DNA from: Mustelus asterias
Lineage: Eukaryota
Length of the DNA: 64,000 nucleotides
Assembly: GCF_964213995.1 (NCBI RefSeq)
Contig: NC_135804.1
Location: 59,520,001-59,584,000, forward strand
Direction: 5' to 3'
The notes under the pieces were generated by a model. It was not told the DNA's origin, searched no databases, and was given only the letters and a program-made list of their open reading frames with translations. Shown piece by piece: positions 13,813 to 26,579 of this stretch. A program made the translations under genes and the position numbers. The first letter of the stretch is position 1; each line of letters starts with the position of its first letter.

Positions 13813-16800
13813 GTACTGTTGCTTGTTATATGTTGCCATTCAGAATACCTTAATTTCTATTTTAGAATATTCGCAAAGGTTCTACGTTAAAAATTAGATG
13901 CGTTACAGCTCCAATTCGATCGTTGGTGCTTCTTAATTGTTCTTGTACTTTACTTATCTTAGTTTTTGTTTTCTTTGACGCATACAGTTCATCGCCGTTC
14001 TTTTTTTATAGGTGCGAAAGTAACATGGAGCAACGTGGATCAGTTCCCTAAACATTTGACGGTTGCCAGGGCTGACAATGTTTCCATGTTCTGCACATTT
14101 CCCATATTTGAAGACGCTCCTGAAGGTTCTTGGTGGAAACGGGGCGAGGAATCTGTTCTGGAACCAGACAGCAGAAAGAAAATTTATCTAAAGAAGGGCA
14201 GTAGTTCATTTGAAGTTCTGAATGCGAGTGTTGCAGACTCCGGAATGTATCACTGTTCAGTAAAACATCAACAGAATAAGATTGGGGATGGAAGTGGCTC
14301 CCAGCTCACCGTGTGTGGTAAGTATCACTGTACCGCGGAAAGGATGCTTTTCAGCTGTGTGTGATTTATGTAATTTGAACATATCACGAGATGAAAATCT
14401 GGATTCGTTTTTCGCTGCTGGTATTTCATTTCTGTTGACCTGCAGGTTCAACGGCCGTCAATTGCCTGTCTCCTGATTCGCACCACTGCCCAAGATCAAC
14501 TTCACCCACTCCCTGTCTATCCTCGTGACGTTATAAAGTGTTTTTCATCCAACGAGTGCAGTTGGTTCAGTTATCACTGTTACTGAAAGTGATACTGACA
14601 TAAAAAGATCGCATCAACTCTGAGATTGAGATTAATCAATTGGATGAGTTGCTCGATTTTCTTGTCATCGAAACATCAGTGCCTAAGTGCAAACATTGAA
14701 CAATTTTAACACGGCCTCTGTCGAATCTTTTGTAAACGATTAATTCATGTCAATAGGTCCCAGAATTTACCTTTGTTAAAAGCTCAATAGTGTTAATCTC
14801 TTCTCATTGAATGGGCGGCACGGTAGCACAGTGGTTAGCACTGCTGCTTCACAGCTCCAGGGACCTGGGTTCGATTCCCGGCTTGGGTCACTGTCGGTGT
14901 GGAGTTTGCACATTCTCCTCGTGTCTGCGTGGGTTTCCTCCGGGTGCTCCGGTTTCCTCCCACAGTCCAAAGATGTGCGGGTTAGGTTGATTGGCCATGC
15001 TTAAAAATTGCCCCTTAGAGTCCTGAGATGCGTAGGTTAGAGGGCTTAGCGGGTAAATGTGTAGGGATATGGGAGTAGGGCCTGGGTGGGATTGTGGTCG
15101 GTGCAGACTCGATGGGCCGAATGGCCTCCTTCTGCACTGTAGGGTTTCTGTGATTTCTTTCTGGGTTTCTGTGATTGCTTTCAATATTTCACGCACCAGT
15201 TAACTTTTGAACTCATGCTTTATATTGCCAAGCTATTATTTTTTAAACTGAATTGTCCAAATTTTGATTTGAGAAAGATTCTTATACATGCGTATGAAGA
15301 GGATGGAGTTAAGTCTGACACATCGAGTTGAGGTCTATCCACCATAATGTAACTGAATATCAAAGTAACCGAGCAAGATGGAAAGGCCTACTCCTGTTCC
15401 TATCTTGGTACTCAATGCTGCACGCTTGTGTCAGTTGATAACATTGTTTGAGATGCCAAACTTTCACTGAATATTCCTGCAATGCATATCAGAGGGCATG
15501 CGGTGATCTTAACCTGAATGTTGCTTTTCAACCGAAGTCCTGGGATATACAGGACAGTGAAGATATCAATTGCCTGCTTTGAGACCCTTTGGCGTCAGCC
15601 AGTTGGATTCCTCAAAACCAATAATTCCAGACAGACTATCACCGAACGTTCCTGTGTATTCCTGCTGTTTAAATCAGGATTTCTATTTAAATTCCCCAAA
15701 CCTGACACGGAAGTTACAAGACAGCAGAAAACAATATCCTCATTCGCTTGCACGGATAATCTATAGCATTGCCTATTACAGCTAAAAAAGAATCTATGGT
15801 TTTAAAAAATGCAGGCATTCTGAATCACTTGGAGTAAAGGTTAACATTATTAACTCTTTAAACTGTCACCGCTCTGTGTTCCTGCTTTTTAAACTGTCAC
15901 CGCTCTGTGTTCCTGCTTTTTAAACTGTCACCGCTCTGTGTTCCTGCTGTTTAATCTGTCGCCGCTCTGTGTTCCTGCTTTTTAAACTGTCACCGCTCTG
16001 TGTTCCCACTCTTTAAACTGTCACCGCTCTGTGTTCCTGCTTTTTAAACTTCTTTCCCAGTGCACTCTGAGGAAGGGGAAAAAGGGTTCAGTGTTCCATT
16101 GGAGCAATTCTTTTTCTTTGTAGCAGTAAGTTATATGGAGGGGATGGAAGTGAAGGCAGTGCAATGTGCCTCCTGCAGAATGTTTGAGGTGAGGGACACC
16201 GTCAGTGTGTTTGCTGATTACACCTGTGGGAGATGCACCCACCTGCAGCTCCTCCAAGACCGCGTTAGGGAGCTGGAGCTGGAGTTGGATGAGCTTAGGG
16301 TCATCAGGGAGGCAGAGAGGGCCATAGACACAAGCTTCAGGGATATGGTTGCTCCAGGGAATGAAAATAGATGGGTGACAGTGAGAGGGGCTGGGAGGAA
16401 GCAGTCGGTGCGGGGTCCCCTGTGGTCGTTCCCCTTAGCAACAAGTATTCCACTTTGGATACAGGTGAGGGGGGCGACCTACCAGTGGTAAGCCGCAGTG
16501 ACCAGATCGCCAGCGATGAGTCCGTCCCTGTGGCTCAGAAGGGAAAGGGGGAGAGCGCTAGAGCTATAGTTATTGGGGACTCGTTTGTTAGAGGGATAGA
16601 TAGGAGGTTCTGTGGCAACAAGAGAGACTCACGGATGGTATGTTGCCTCCCGGATGCCAGGGTCCGTGACATCTCCGTCTGTGTCTTCAGGATTCTAAAG
16701 GGGGAGGGGGAACAGTCACTAGTCGTGGTGCACGTCGGCACGAAAGACATCGGTAAGAGAGGGGACGGGGATTTAAAACAGCTATTCAGGGAGCTAGGGT

Positions 16801-19800
16801 GGAAGCTGAGAGCCAGGACAAAACAGGTTGTCATCTCTGGTATGTTGCCGGTGCCACGAGATAGCGAGTTGAGGAACAGGGACAGAGTGCAGTTAAACAC
16901 ATGGATGTAGGGATGGTGTAGGAGGGAGGGTTTCAGCTATGTGGATAATTGGAACACTTTCTGGGGAAGGTGGGACCTGTACCAACAGGACGGGTGCACC
17001 TGAACCAGAGGGGCACCAATATCCTGGGAGGGAAATTTGCTCCAGCTCTTCGGGGGGGTTTAAACTAATTTGTCAGAGGGATGGGAAAAGGAGTTGTAGT
17101 CCGGAGGTCAGTGAGTGTAGTGAGGTACTGGGAAGGGTATCATGGTCAAAGGTGGGTACCAGCAGACAAGAAGGTGGGTTGAAGTGTGTCTACTTCAATG
17201 CAAGGAGCATCCGATATAAGGTAGGTGAACTTGGGGCATGGATTGGCACTTGGGACTACGATGTTGTGGCCATTACGGAGACATGGGTAGAACAAGGACA
17301 GGAATGGTTGTTGGAAGTTCCGGGGTATAGATGTTTCAGTAAGTGTAGGGTAGCTGGTAAAAGAGGTGGGGGAGTGGCACTGTTAATCAAGGAGAGTGTA
17401 ACGGCTGCAGAAAGGCATTTCGAAGGGGATCTGCCTACAGAGGTAATATGGGCTGAGGTTAGGAATAGGAAAGGAGCGATCACGTTGTTAGGAGTTTACT
17501 ATAGGCCCCCAAATAGTAATAGAGATGTGGAGCAAGAAATTGCGAAGCAGATTATGGATAGGTGTGGAGGTCACAGGGTAGTTGTCATGGGGGACTGTAA
17601 CTTTCCAAATATTGATTGGAGCCTTTATAGGTCGAATAGTTCGGATGGGGAAGTTTTTGTGCAGTGTGTGCAGGAGGGATTCCTGACACAATATGTGGAT
17701 AAGCCGACAAGAGGTGGGGCCACATTGGATTTGGTAATGGGAAATGAACCGGGCCAAGTGTTGGATTTGGTTGTGGGAGAGGACTTTGGAGATAGTGACC
17801 ACAATTCGGTGTCTTTTGTTATTGCAATGGAGAGGGAGAGGGCCATGCGGCAGGGCATAGTTTACAATTGGGGGAGAGGTAATTATGATGCAATCAGGCG
17901 GGAATTAGGAAGCATAGGATGGGAACAAAAATTGTCAGGGAAAGGCACGAATGAAAAGTGGAACTTTTTCAAGGAACAAATACTGCGTGACCTTGATAGG
18001 TATGTCCCTGCCAGGCAGAGAGGAAATAGCCGAGTGAGGGAACCATGGTTCACAAAAGAGGTGGAATGTCTTGTCAAGAGGAAGAAGGAAGCGTATGTAA
18101 CGTTGAGAAAACAAGGTTCAGTTGGCTCGATGGAGGGTTACAAGTGAGCAAAAAATGAGCTGAAAAAGGGGCTTAGGAGACCTAGGAGGGGGCATGAGAA
18201 GTCCTTGGCGGGTCGGCTCAAGAAAAACCCCAAGGCTTTATACTCTTATGTGAGGAATAAAAGAATGACCAGGGTGAGGTTGCGGCCGGTCAAGGATGGC
18301 AGTGGGAATTTGTGCATGGAGTCAGAAGAGATAGGACAGGTGATGAATGAATACTTTTCTTCGGTGTTCACCAAGGAGAGGGGCCATGTTTTTGAGGAAG
18401 AGAGGGTGTCACAGGCTGATAGGCTGGAGGAAGTAGATGTTCGGAGGGAAGATGTACTAGCAATTTTGAATAAACTGAAAGTTGATAAGTCCCCTAGGCC
18501 TGATGAAATATATCCTAGGAGTCTTTGGGAGGCAAGGGATGAGATAGCAGAGCCTTTGGCATTGATCTTTGCGTCCTCACTGTCCACGGGGATGGTGCCA
18601 GAGGACTGGAGAGTGGCGAATGTGGTTCCTCTGTTTAAGAAAGGGAATAGAAAAGACCCTGGTAATTATAGGCCGGTTAGTCTTACTTCCGTTATCGGTA
18701 AGTTGATGGAAAAGGTCCTCAGGGATAGGATTTATGACTATTTAGAAAGATGCAGCTTAATCCGGGATAGTCAGCACGGATTTGTGAAGGGCAAGTCTTG
18801 CCTCACAAATTTGATAGAATTTTTTGAGGAGGTAACTAAGTATGTAGATGAAGGTAGTGCAGTTGATGTCATATACATGGATTTTAGTAAGGCGTTTGAT
18901 AAAGCCCCCCATGGTCGTCTTATGAAGAAAGTAAGGATGTGTGGGATAGAGGGAAGTTTGGCCGATTGGATAGGTAACTGGCTATCTAACAGAAGACAGA
19001 GGGGGGTGGTGGATGGAAAATTGTCGGACTGGAAACCGGTAACCAGCGGAGTGCCACAGGGATCAGTGCTTGGTCCTCTGCTATTTGTCATTCTTATAAA
19101 TGACTTGGAGGAGGGGGCTGGAGGGTGGATCAGTAAATTTGCTGATGACACCAAGATTGGTGGAGTAGTGGATGAGGTGGAGGGCTGTTGTAGGCTGCAA
19201 AGAGATGTAGATAGGATGCAGAGCTGGGCTGAAAAATGGCAAATGGAGTTTAACACTGACAAATGCGGGTGATTCATTTTGGTAGGACAAATGTAAATGT
19301 GGATTACAGGGTCAAAGGAAGGGTTCTGAAGAATGTGGAGGAACAGAGAGATCTTGGGGTTCATATCCATAGATCTCTGAAGGTTGCCACTCAAGTGGAT
19401 AGAGCCGTGAAGAAGGCCTACAGTGTGTTGGCGTTCATTAACAGGGGGTTTGAGTTTAAGAGCCGTGGGATTATGCTGCAACTGTACAGGACCTTGGTGA
19501 GACCAAATTTGGAATATTGTGTGCAGTTCTGGTCACCTCACTACAAGAAGGATGTGGAGACACTGAAAAGAGTGCAAAGGAGATTTACCAGGATGCTGCC
19601 TGGTTTGGAGGGTAGGTCTTATGAGGAAAGGTTGAGGGAACTTGGGCTTTTCTCTTTGGAGCGGAGGAGGTTGAGAGGAGACTTGATAGAGGTTTGTAAG
19701 ATGATGAGGGGGATAGATAGAGTGAACGTTCAAAGACTATTTCCTCGGGTGAATGGAGTGGTAACTAGGGGGCATAACTATAGGGTTCATGGTGGGAGAT

Positions 19801-22729
19801 ATAGGAAGGATGTCCGAGGTAGGTTTTTTACTCAGAGAGTGGTTGGGGAGAGGAATGGACTTCCTGCAGGGATAGTGGAGTCAGAAACTTTAGGAACATT
19901 TAAGAAGCTATTGGATAGGCACATGGAGAACTTCGGGATGATCGGGAGGAAATGGCTTGATTTGAGTTTCAGACAAAGCTCGGCACAACATCGTGGGCCG
20001 AAGGGCCTGTTCTGTGCTGTACTGTTCTATGTTCTATGTTCTATTATCTTGAAGTTAAAAATTACCCGTTTAACAATAGGATAAATAACGAAACATTTTC
20101 GTAATAAAGTCAGATAAGTTGTGACAGTCGATCTAGCTGACACAATTAGTATGAACTTTATATTCATTTACGGGTTTTATTCATTTACTTGCTGGGCCAG
20201 CATTCACTGCCCATCCCCACTCCAGAGGGAATTTGAGATCAATCACAGGCCAGGTAAGAATGGCAGATTTCCTTCCCCAAAGGAAAACATGGAACCAGAT
20301 GGGTCGTTACGCCAATCGACATTGGTTTCATGGTATTTCCAGATTTTTATTCGATTCAAATTTCACTATCCAACTGTGGGCTTTGAAACCAGGTCCCCAG
20401 ATCTGGCTCTGGGTCTCTCCAGTGACAACAGCACTACACCACTGCTGTTCCGTAAACAACTGTAATGCAGATTTTAATCCATACATTTATAATCAACATT
20501 TATAATGCCTTTATTGACATTAGAGACATTTCGGCGATTCACGGTCTTCATAGTCAGAGGATAATGTGCGTGGTAATAAATGAAATATTCGAACATCAAC
20601 GAATTTTAAAGTAGGCACGCAAAACAACATACGGCAAGTACATTATGCGAAAAACGAAAGAGGACTCCACTGCTCCGTTCTGACTGCGTGGCCCAGGCAT
20701 CTGTATACACATAGAGATGAATTGCATTCGGGCCATCGCTGCTAACCCCAATAGTTTGCCAGGACCTGATGTTTCCTTTCAATGTCGCGTACCTCCATGT
20801 ATGCGAACAATACCGCGAGATTCAGTCCCGCTGTTTACGATACACCCGCATACTTTGCAGTGCGCCGTTAAATTATTTCTAAAATGAATACAAACACGAT
20901 GTTTAAGAAATCACAGAGCGAATAACTATTTCCACTGTTAAGAGTGTAACATAATTGTTGCGGCATACAAACGCCAATGTGTTCTTTACATTAAAAATTA
21001 CCTTCTATTTCCCTGTTAAAGTTCCCCCAACCCCCCTGAAACTCGTTCAGGTTGAAGGGATTTCTGCAACTTCTCTGAGATTCGAGTGTAAAACGGCTGC
21101 CTTTTACCCGGAGGATTTCAAAATCTCCTGGCGCAGAGATGGTGTGGGAATTCTGGCCGGAATAGAAACTGTGAGACACAAGACAGTGGATGGTCTCCGA
21201 GAGGTCTCCAGCTCTTTGGAAGAGGCACAGCCTGCTTCGAGCCGAATAGTTTATACGTGCCTGGCATCTCATATCTCCCTTAAGGTGCCCGCCAGTGTCA
21301 GCTATATCGACATTCAAGGTAAGATTGGGCACATTTGCAGCAGCAAGTGCATTTGCAGCGTCCAACCTATAGTTATTTATTAAACATTTAGCAGGGCAGC
21401 TGTTCAAACACAAAGTTGCAGGGTTCTTTATTCTCAATGTCACATCAATGTAAATGAATTAAAATACCATGGTTTGTAACTGCAGGAGAGGGAATATTTC
21501 CCTGAAAAGATCTGAAACGGGAGGGCGATGTGCGAAGTACTCAAAACTGAAAGCTCATTTGTTATCAAATTCTTGCCAAATGAAATGAACGTACACATGA
21601 AATGGATCAGTTTTAGCAGTATCACTTTAATTGGACAATTCCTGTGTGGAACTTTAGCCAAGGATATCGTTCAAGGACATTTCCTCCATGATCCAGATCC
21701 TTTTGACCATTATTGAACTGTTTCTCTTTGATCCAAACACTAAACTTCGGGGGAAAAAAATGTTCCGCCTGGAGTTACATCATTCATTGAATTCCTTATT
21801 TCATTATTTTAACTCTCAAACTGCGAAGGCATAAAAATTGCTTCCAACGCTCCTCTGGTTGCAATTTCGGTTGTGGACCCTTTACTCCAATAAACAATAC
21901 CCTATTACAGTTATTAGCACTGTGGGTGTAAACTTTAAAAATGAGGAAACTACAGTGCAAGTACAGAGCATTTGGCGCTTGATCCGTGTTCTGGTGCGAG
22001 TGCATCTGCCATGAGGGAAACGACCCAAGCTACCAAACTGAATATCAGAATCCGAAAGCATAACTTTCGGCCTGATGAAGTTAACCGTGCGGGAAGATCA
22101 TAACCTGATCATCAGCGAGCTAAATTTTGATCGCTGAGGGCGGTGTTGTGTGACCGAGTGGTACTGTCCCACATTATTATTATAGGGTCCAGAGGAACAT
22201 TTCTGTTTTTTCCTGCACAGCCAAAAATAATTTTTAATTCATTTGTTTGGGATTTCTTTACCTATTTTGCTGTTACATCTGGTAGAAAGAACAAGCACAC
22301 ATATTATATCCTAAAATGGACATCAGTGTCCTATTTGAAGAGAAGCCAATTGCCGACAAAATGGCGCTGGCACCAAACAACAGGCTGTCTTGGAAGATGG
22401 AGTGGATTGTGTTAAAATGTTCACATGGTGCTCAATTTGCAGAGCGTCTTTTGAGGGTATTTTCCATTCGCTCGACTTTGGAAATTTAATATCGGTTACA
22501 AAGTTTAGAGTAGCAATTGTATGGAGCTCTTTCATGTCCAGAAGCCAGCACTATTTGGTTTCATTCAATAATTCATATGTACAGACAATTTATGTGTATA
22601 TTTTAATCCTGCACTGCAGATAACAGTTTCCGGAACATGATGATTTTACGGCTTGTTCTGGGTTGTTTGATAATTCTTGGATTGCTGGGCATAATTGTGG
22701 ATGGACCATGTAGCATCTTTCAAATGAAG
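13758..22729 (+). CDS. Gene A: non-rearranging VJ-C1-TM Ig-superfamily receptor, join(13758..13812,14012..14317,21022..21318,22620..22729, plus an unidentified 3' exon)
   Basis: Four exons with canonical AG/GT boundaries and compatible phases (1,1,1,0) give 256 open codons: signal peptide + V-set + C1-set + TM. The exon structure is matched by a paralog at 43778-49005. Confidence 0.88.
14012..14317 (+). CDS. Gene A exon 2: V-set Ig domain with germline-encoded J-like G strand
   Basis: Acceptor ttttttttatag, donor G|GTAAGT, 306 nt. B-strand Cys (SMFC), C-strand WW, DSGMYHC (DxGxYxC) and GSGSQLTV J-like motif. Confidence 0.92.
14813..15157 (+). mobile_element. HE1-type SINE (V-SINE)
   Basis: A box TAGCACAGTGG, B box GGTTCGATTCC, V-domain TGTGGAGTTTGCACATTCTC..GGGTTTCCTCCGGGTGCTCCGGTTTCC, CR1/HER1-like tail. 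Confidence 0.9.
15857..16050 (+). repeat. 31-bp tandem repeat x6 (TTTAAACTGTCACCGCTCTGTGTTCCTGCTT) at the CR1 5' end
   Basis: Directly visible head-to-tail units without spacers. Confidence 0.95.
15857..20043 (+). mobile_element. Full-length CR1 LINE in the V-C1 intron of gene A (mildly disabled)
   Basis: ORF1 CxxC..CxxC, leucine zipper and GDS esterase; ORF2 APE (YFNARS, YRPP, SDH) and RT (FADD). In-frame TGA at 18145-18147, frameshift near 19268, (TTCTATG)n tail. Confidence 0.95.
20170..20445 (-). mobile_element. tRNA-derived SINE (same family as 10280-10640)
   Basis: GGCAGATTTCCTTCCC core and degenerate tRNA head on the minus strand. Confidence 0.6.
21022..21318 (+). CDS. Gene A exon 3: C1-set Ig domain
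   Basis: Acceptor ccctgttaaag, donor G|GTAAGA, 297 nt. C1 signature [16 protein letters not shown]...DG..VSSSL...[11 protein letters not shown]. Confidence 0.92.
22620..22729 (+). CDS. Gene A exon 4: transmembrane exon (D)[36 protein letters not shown]
   Basis: Acceptor cactgcag, donor AAG|GTAAGG (phase 0). Hydrophobic stretch containing Arg; paralogous to 48902-49007. Confidence 0.85.
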
Positions 22730-24306
22730 GTAAGGGGACGCCGTTTTAATTCAGCAAACCACGTTCAAAGTATATACACAGTTAACACTGGTGGGCTGGA
22801 AATGGGAAATGTGCTTTTGTCCGTCGTTTCTCCGGTAATTTAAGGCTCACGGGTAGTGATATTAAATTTTGCTATGAAGTAACTCACAACATAGAAGGCC
22901 ACCACTTTTACCACGACAATGCTCATATTTAGTGCTGCTGAAAAATGACAGAGATGAAACGTTAAATCTGTTTCCCTTCCAAATTGTGCCGCCTGATCTG
23001 CCGAGCTTTTGCCACGTTTTCTGCTTTTATTTTATATTATATTAGTTTTCGTATTAAATTCAGTTTCGGGCATGATATGCCAAGTAATAAACACCGAATG
23101 TCAGTTTTGAACGCTGGTTTAGTTTTATCTCCTTTCGTGAAAATGATTTTGGTTTCAACTTCTCACTTGAGATATTTGAGCACAAACTTCCGGCTAGCAT
23201 TGCAGCGCAGCACTGCTGGCGGTTTGGTCTTTTTTCAACGACGAAAAACGAGATCCTCTGCTTTATATGTTGGCCGTAAAAGCCCAATTGGTCATTTCGT
23301 AACTGAGCATCGTGGAGCTCACTCGTGTCCTGATCAGAAATTAGTTTTCAATCTACTTCGCTGAAACCGATTCATTTTTCATTCATTTCAGTAATCTATG
23401 TGGTTAGGAACGTCCCGTGTTGTTTTTTTAAGAACACGTTGCACTTTCAGCTGCTGTGAAAGACTGCATGCCAATATTGATCCGTTCTTCTGCTTTGCAC
23501 GATTTTTATGTATGGTTGGAAAATTTATAATACAAACGCCACTTTCTGAGCACTGTTTTCCATTTTGCGTTAAACTCTGCTAAAATTATGCTGTTAGGAA
23601 TCTGGCAGAGGTACTTTATTTCGGAAATATGCCTCTCATGATGAAATTTTCAGCACGTTTACATGTATAATTTTATCTATTTTGCTTCCCTTCTCAAGGC
23701 ACTGTGTCTAGCTGCGATGCCCACAATCTTCTCGCCCCACCAAATCGTTTCGTATTACTGTTAAGGCGTGAGCGTCACGTTGTTGAACTCAGAGTCGTCA
23801 TTTTTAGATTAGCAATTTAAATCGAGGCCCTGGGATAAGCATCTGGAGTAGAATGTAATGCTAATTTCCCCCAGCTATCCCTGAAAACCCAGACAGCTTC
23901 ATATTTTCAATTGTTGCAGAACAGTGCATATAGTATACGACATAGAGGACACCTAACCTGCCATCTTACGATGAGTACGTCTCGGTGCGACAGCGAAGGG
24001 TTGCATACGTATTCATTCAGTGCTACATGGAATTTTTTTTCACATGTGCAAGAGATCACGGGATACCAAGCGACAGCTTGAAAATTTCAATTCAAATATA
24101 TAACAAGAGCCTTTTTTTAACTTAAATGTCATTCTACATTGAATGAGTGGAAATCCGTCAATTCCGGATAGGTAATGAGGAGTTAACGTTTACCTTTTAT
24201 ATAAAAGGGATGTAACACATGATTACTCACACGCACAATAATCAAAGTTTTCGCCAAATGAAACTGAAAACGCAAATTCAACTTTAGCAAGCTGATATTT
24301 TGTAAT

Positions 24307-25943
24307 CCCATTTTCCAGCTTTTGGTCCATAGACCTCTATGCTATGGCATTTCAAATGATCGTCTAAATACTTCTTAAATGTTGTGCGGGTTCCCGCCTC
24401 TACCACCCTTTCAGTCAGTGAGTTCCAGATGATCATTACCCTCTGGGTGAAATGATTTCCTCTCACATCTCCTGTAAACCTCCTACCCCTTAACTTCAGT
24501 CTATGCCCCCTGATTATTGACCCCTCTACTAAGAGGAAATGTTCCTTCCGAGCCACCATACTTATGCCCCTCATAATTTAATTCATCTCAATCAGGTCCC
24601 CCACCCCCACAGCCTTCAGTGATCCACGGAAACCAACCCCAGCCTATTCAGTCTCTCTTGTTAACTTAAATGCACCAGGCCCAGCTGAATCTCCTCTGCA
24701 CTTTCACTCGTGCAATCAATTCTTCCCTATCGTTTGGCGACCAGAACTGCATACACTACTCCAGCTATTGCCTAACTAGAGTTCATACAGCTCCATCATA
24801 AACACCCTGCTCTAATATTAAATGCCTCAGCTGATGAAGACAAATATCACATATGTTTTCTTAACCGCTTATCTACCTGTCCTGCTATCATCAGAGATCT
24901 ATGGAGATGCACACCAAGTCCCTCTGATTCTTTGTACTCCCGAGGATCTGATCATTGGTTGTACATTCCCTTACCTCTTAGTGCTCTAAAATATATTACT
25001 TCACACTTTTCGAGGTTGAATTTCATTTGCCACCGTTCTGCCCATCGAACCAACCCGTCCATATTCTAAGCCTTTGCTCCTCGCAGTTTGCCACACCACC
25101 AATTTTTATGTCCTCTGCGAACCAACTTATCATACCACCTATATCCACGTCCAGAATATTATTGTATACTACGAAAAACAAATGGCCCAGTACCAATCCT
25201 GTGGAAGACGACTGGACACAGGCTTTCAGTCACAAAAACAATCTACCAACATCACGCTCTCCCTCCTGCCGCTAAACCAATTTGGCATCCAGTTTGTTAA
25301 ATTGTCCTGGATCCCATGGCAATCCCATCTTTATCAGCCTCCCATATGGGACCTTGTCAAAAGCTTTACTGACGTCTATGTAGAATACACCAACTGCACT
25401 ACCCTCACCGACACACCGAATCACCTCCTCGAAAACGTCAGTCACATTTGTAAGGGATGATCTCCCTTTGACAACACTGTGCTGATTATCCTTGATTAAT
25501 TCTTGTGTCCCCAAGTGCAGATTAATTATGTCCCTCAGAACTTTTTCCAATAGTTTCCTATCACAGAAGTTAGTCTCACTGGCTTGTAATTTCCTGTTCT
25601 TTTCCTACTTCCCTTTTTGAAAAACGGTACCACATCAGCTATCATCCAGTCCTCTCGTGCCTCTGCTGTTGGACTTTAACCTGGTGTTGTGAGACTTCTT
25701 ACTGGGTTACCCCAGTCCAACGCCGTCATCTCCACATTATGGCTCTGCTTTGGCCGGGGAAGATTAGAAAATTATCGCCAGAACCGCTGCAACCTATTCC
25801 CTTGCCTACCACAGCAGCGTAGGATGCAGCTCATCTGGGCCTGGGAATTTATCAACATAAGCCCCGTTAAAACCTCCTCTCTCTTAATGTTTATCAACAT
25901 CAGGCCCGTTAAAACCTCCTCTCTCTTAATGTTAAGTTCTAAC
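24307..25943 (-). mobile_element. Degraded CR1 (A-specific insertion) containing a Penelope-like fragment (~25667-25745) and a 42-bp tandem duplication (25848-25931)
   Basis: RT fragments (VSKAFDKVP); flanks rejoin in unit B at ~50051-50090. Confidence 0.8.
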
Positions 25944-26579
25944 GTTGGAAATGGTGGCATATTCATTAAAATTAAATTTGCCTCGGTCTTGGTTGTATTT
26001 AGTGTAAGGATATTTTAATAATTACAGTCGAATAACAACGAAGGGATGTAATTGGAGACAGTTCCATTAAGTTAGTAATAGTTTGATGTGATACAGATGA
26101 GCGTGCATCTATGAGTCCAGAAATATAGATGCAGTGCTGAATTTACTTGCGGATCTTGGGAAATTAATGCTGACGCAATTAAGTGGGAACTGTTTGTGAA
26201 TATAAAATTGAAACTGTAATTAAAAGATAGTGCATCGTTTGGAAAACAAATTTCAATTTTATTTTTGATCGGTTAAGATCGATTGATAATCTCCGCCTCT
26301 GTTGATATCGACACGAGAGCAATACCTTAAAATTGGTTAAGAAGAACACGTGTTCCGGTACAGGCGGAAGAAGAAACACACGAAGCAAGGAACAAGGTGA
26401 AGGAGCCACAATCGAGACGAATCAGGGGCGCATCCAGCATTCGCTCACAACCATTTTCAGCTGTATTTAGACACACTTTTTTCCTACAGCATTAGAATAT
26501 AAAAATACAGTTGTTAGTTGGCGCCCGTGCATAAAATGAGTCAGTGCATTCCTTGTAAGTGCTGTAACAAGAATGGAGA

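Noticed and set aside
14813-14885. tRNA gene
   Set aside because: The A/B boxes belong to an HE1 SINE head and continue into the V domain and LINE-like tail.
15857-16050. 31-bp repeats resembling a CRISPR array
   Set aside because: No spacers, eukaryotic context, and contiguous with a CR1 5' end.
18771-19481. Long antisense ORFs (236 aa here; also 20991-21443 and 47450-47698)
   Set aside because: Shadow ORFs opposite CR1 RT or the C1 exons.
22730-22843. Read-through tail with SIYTVN as a possible ITIM
   Set aside because: Y+3 is Asn rather than I/L/V, and it lies beyond a strong conserved splice donor.
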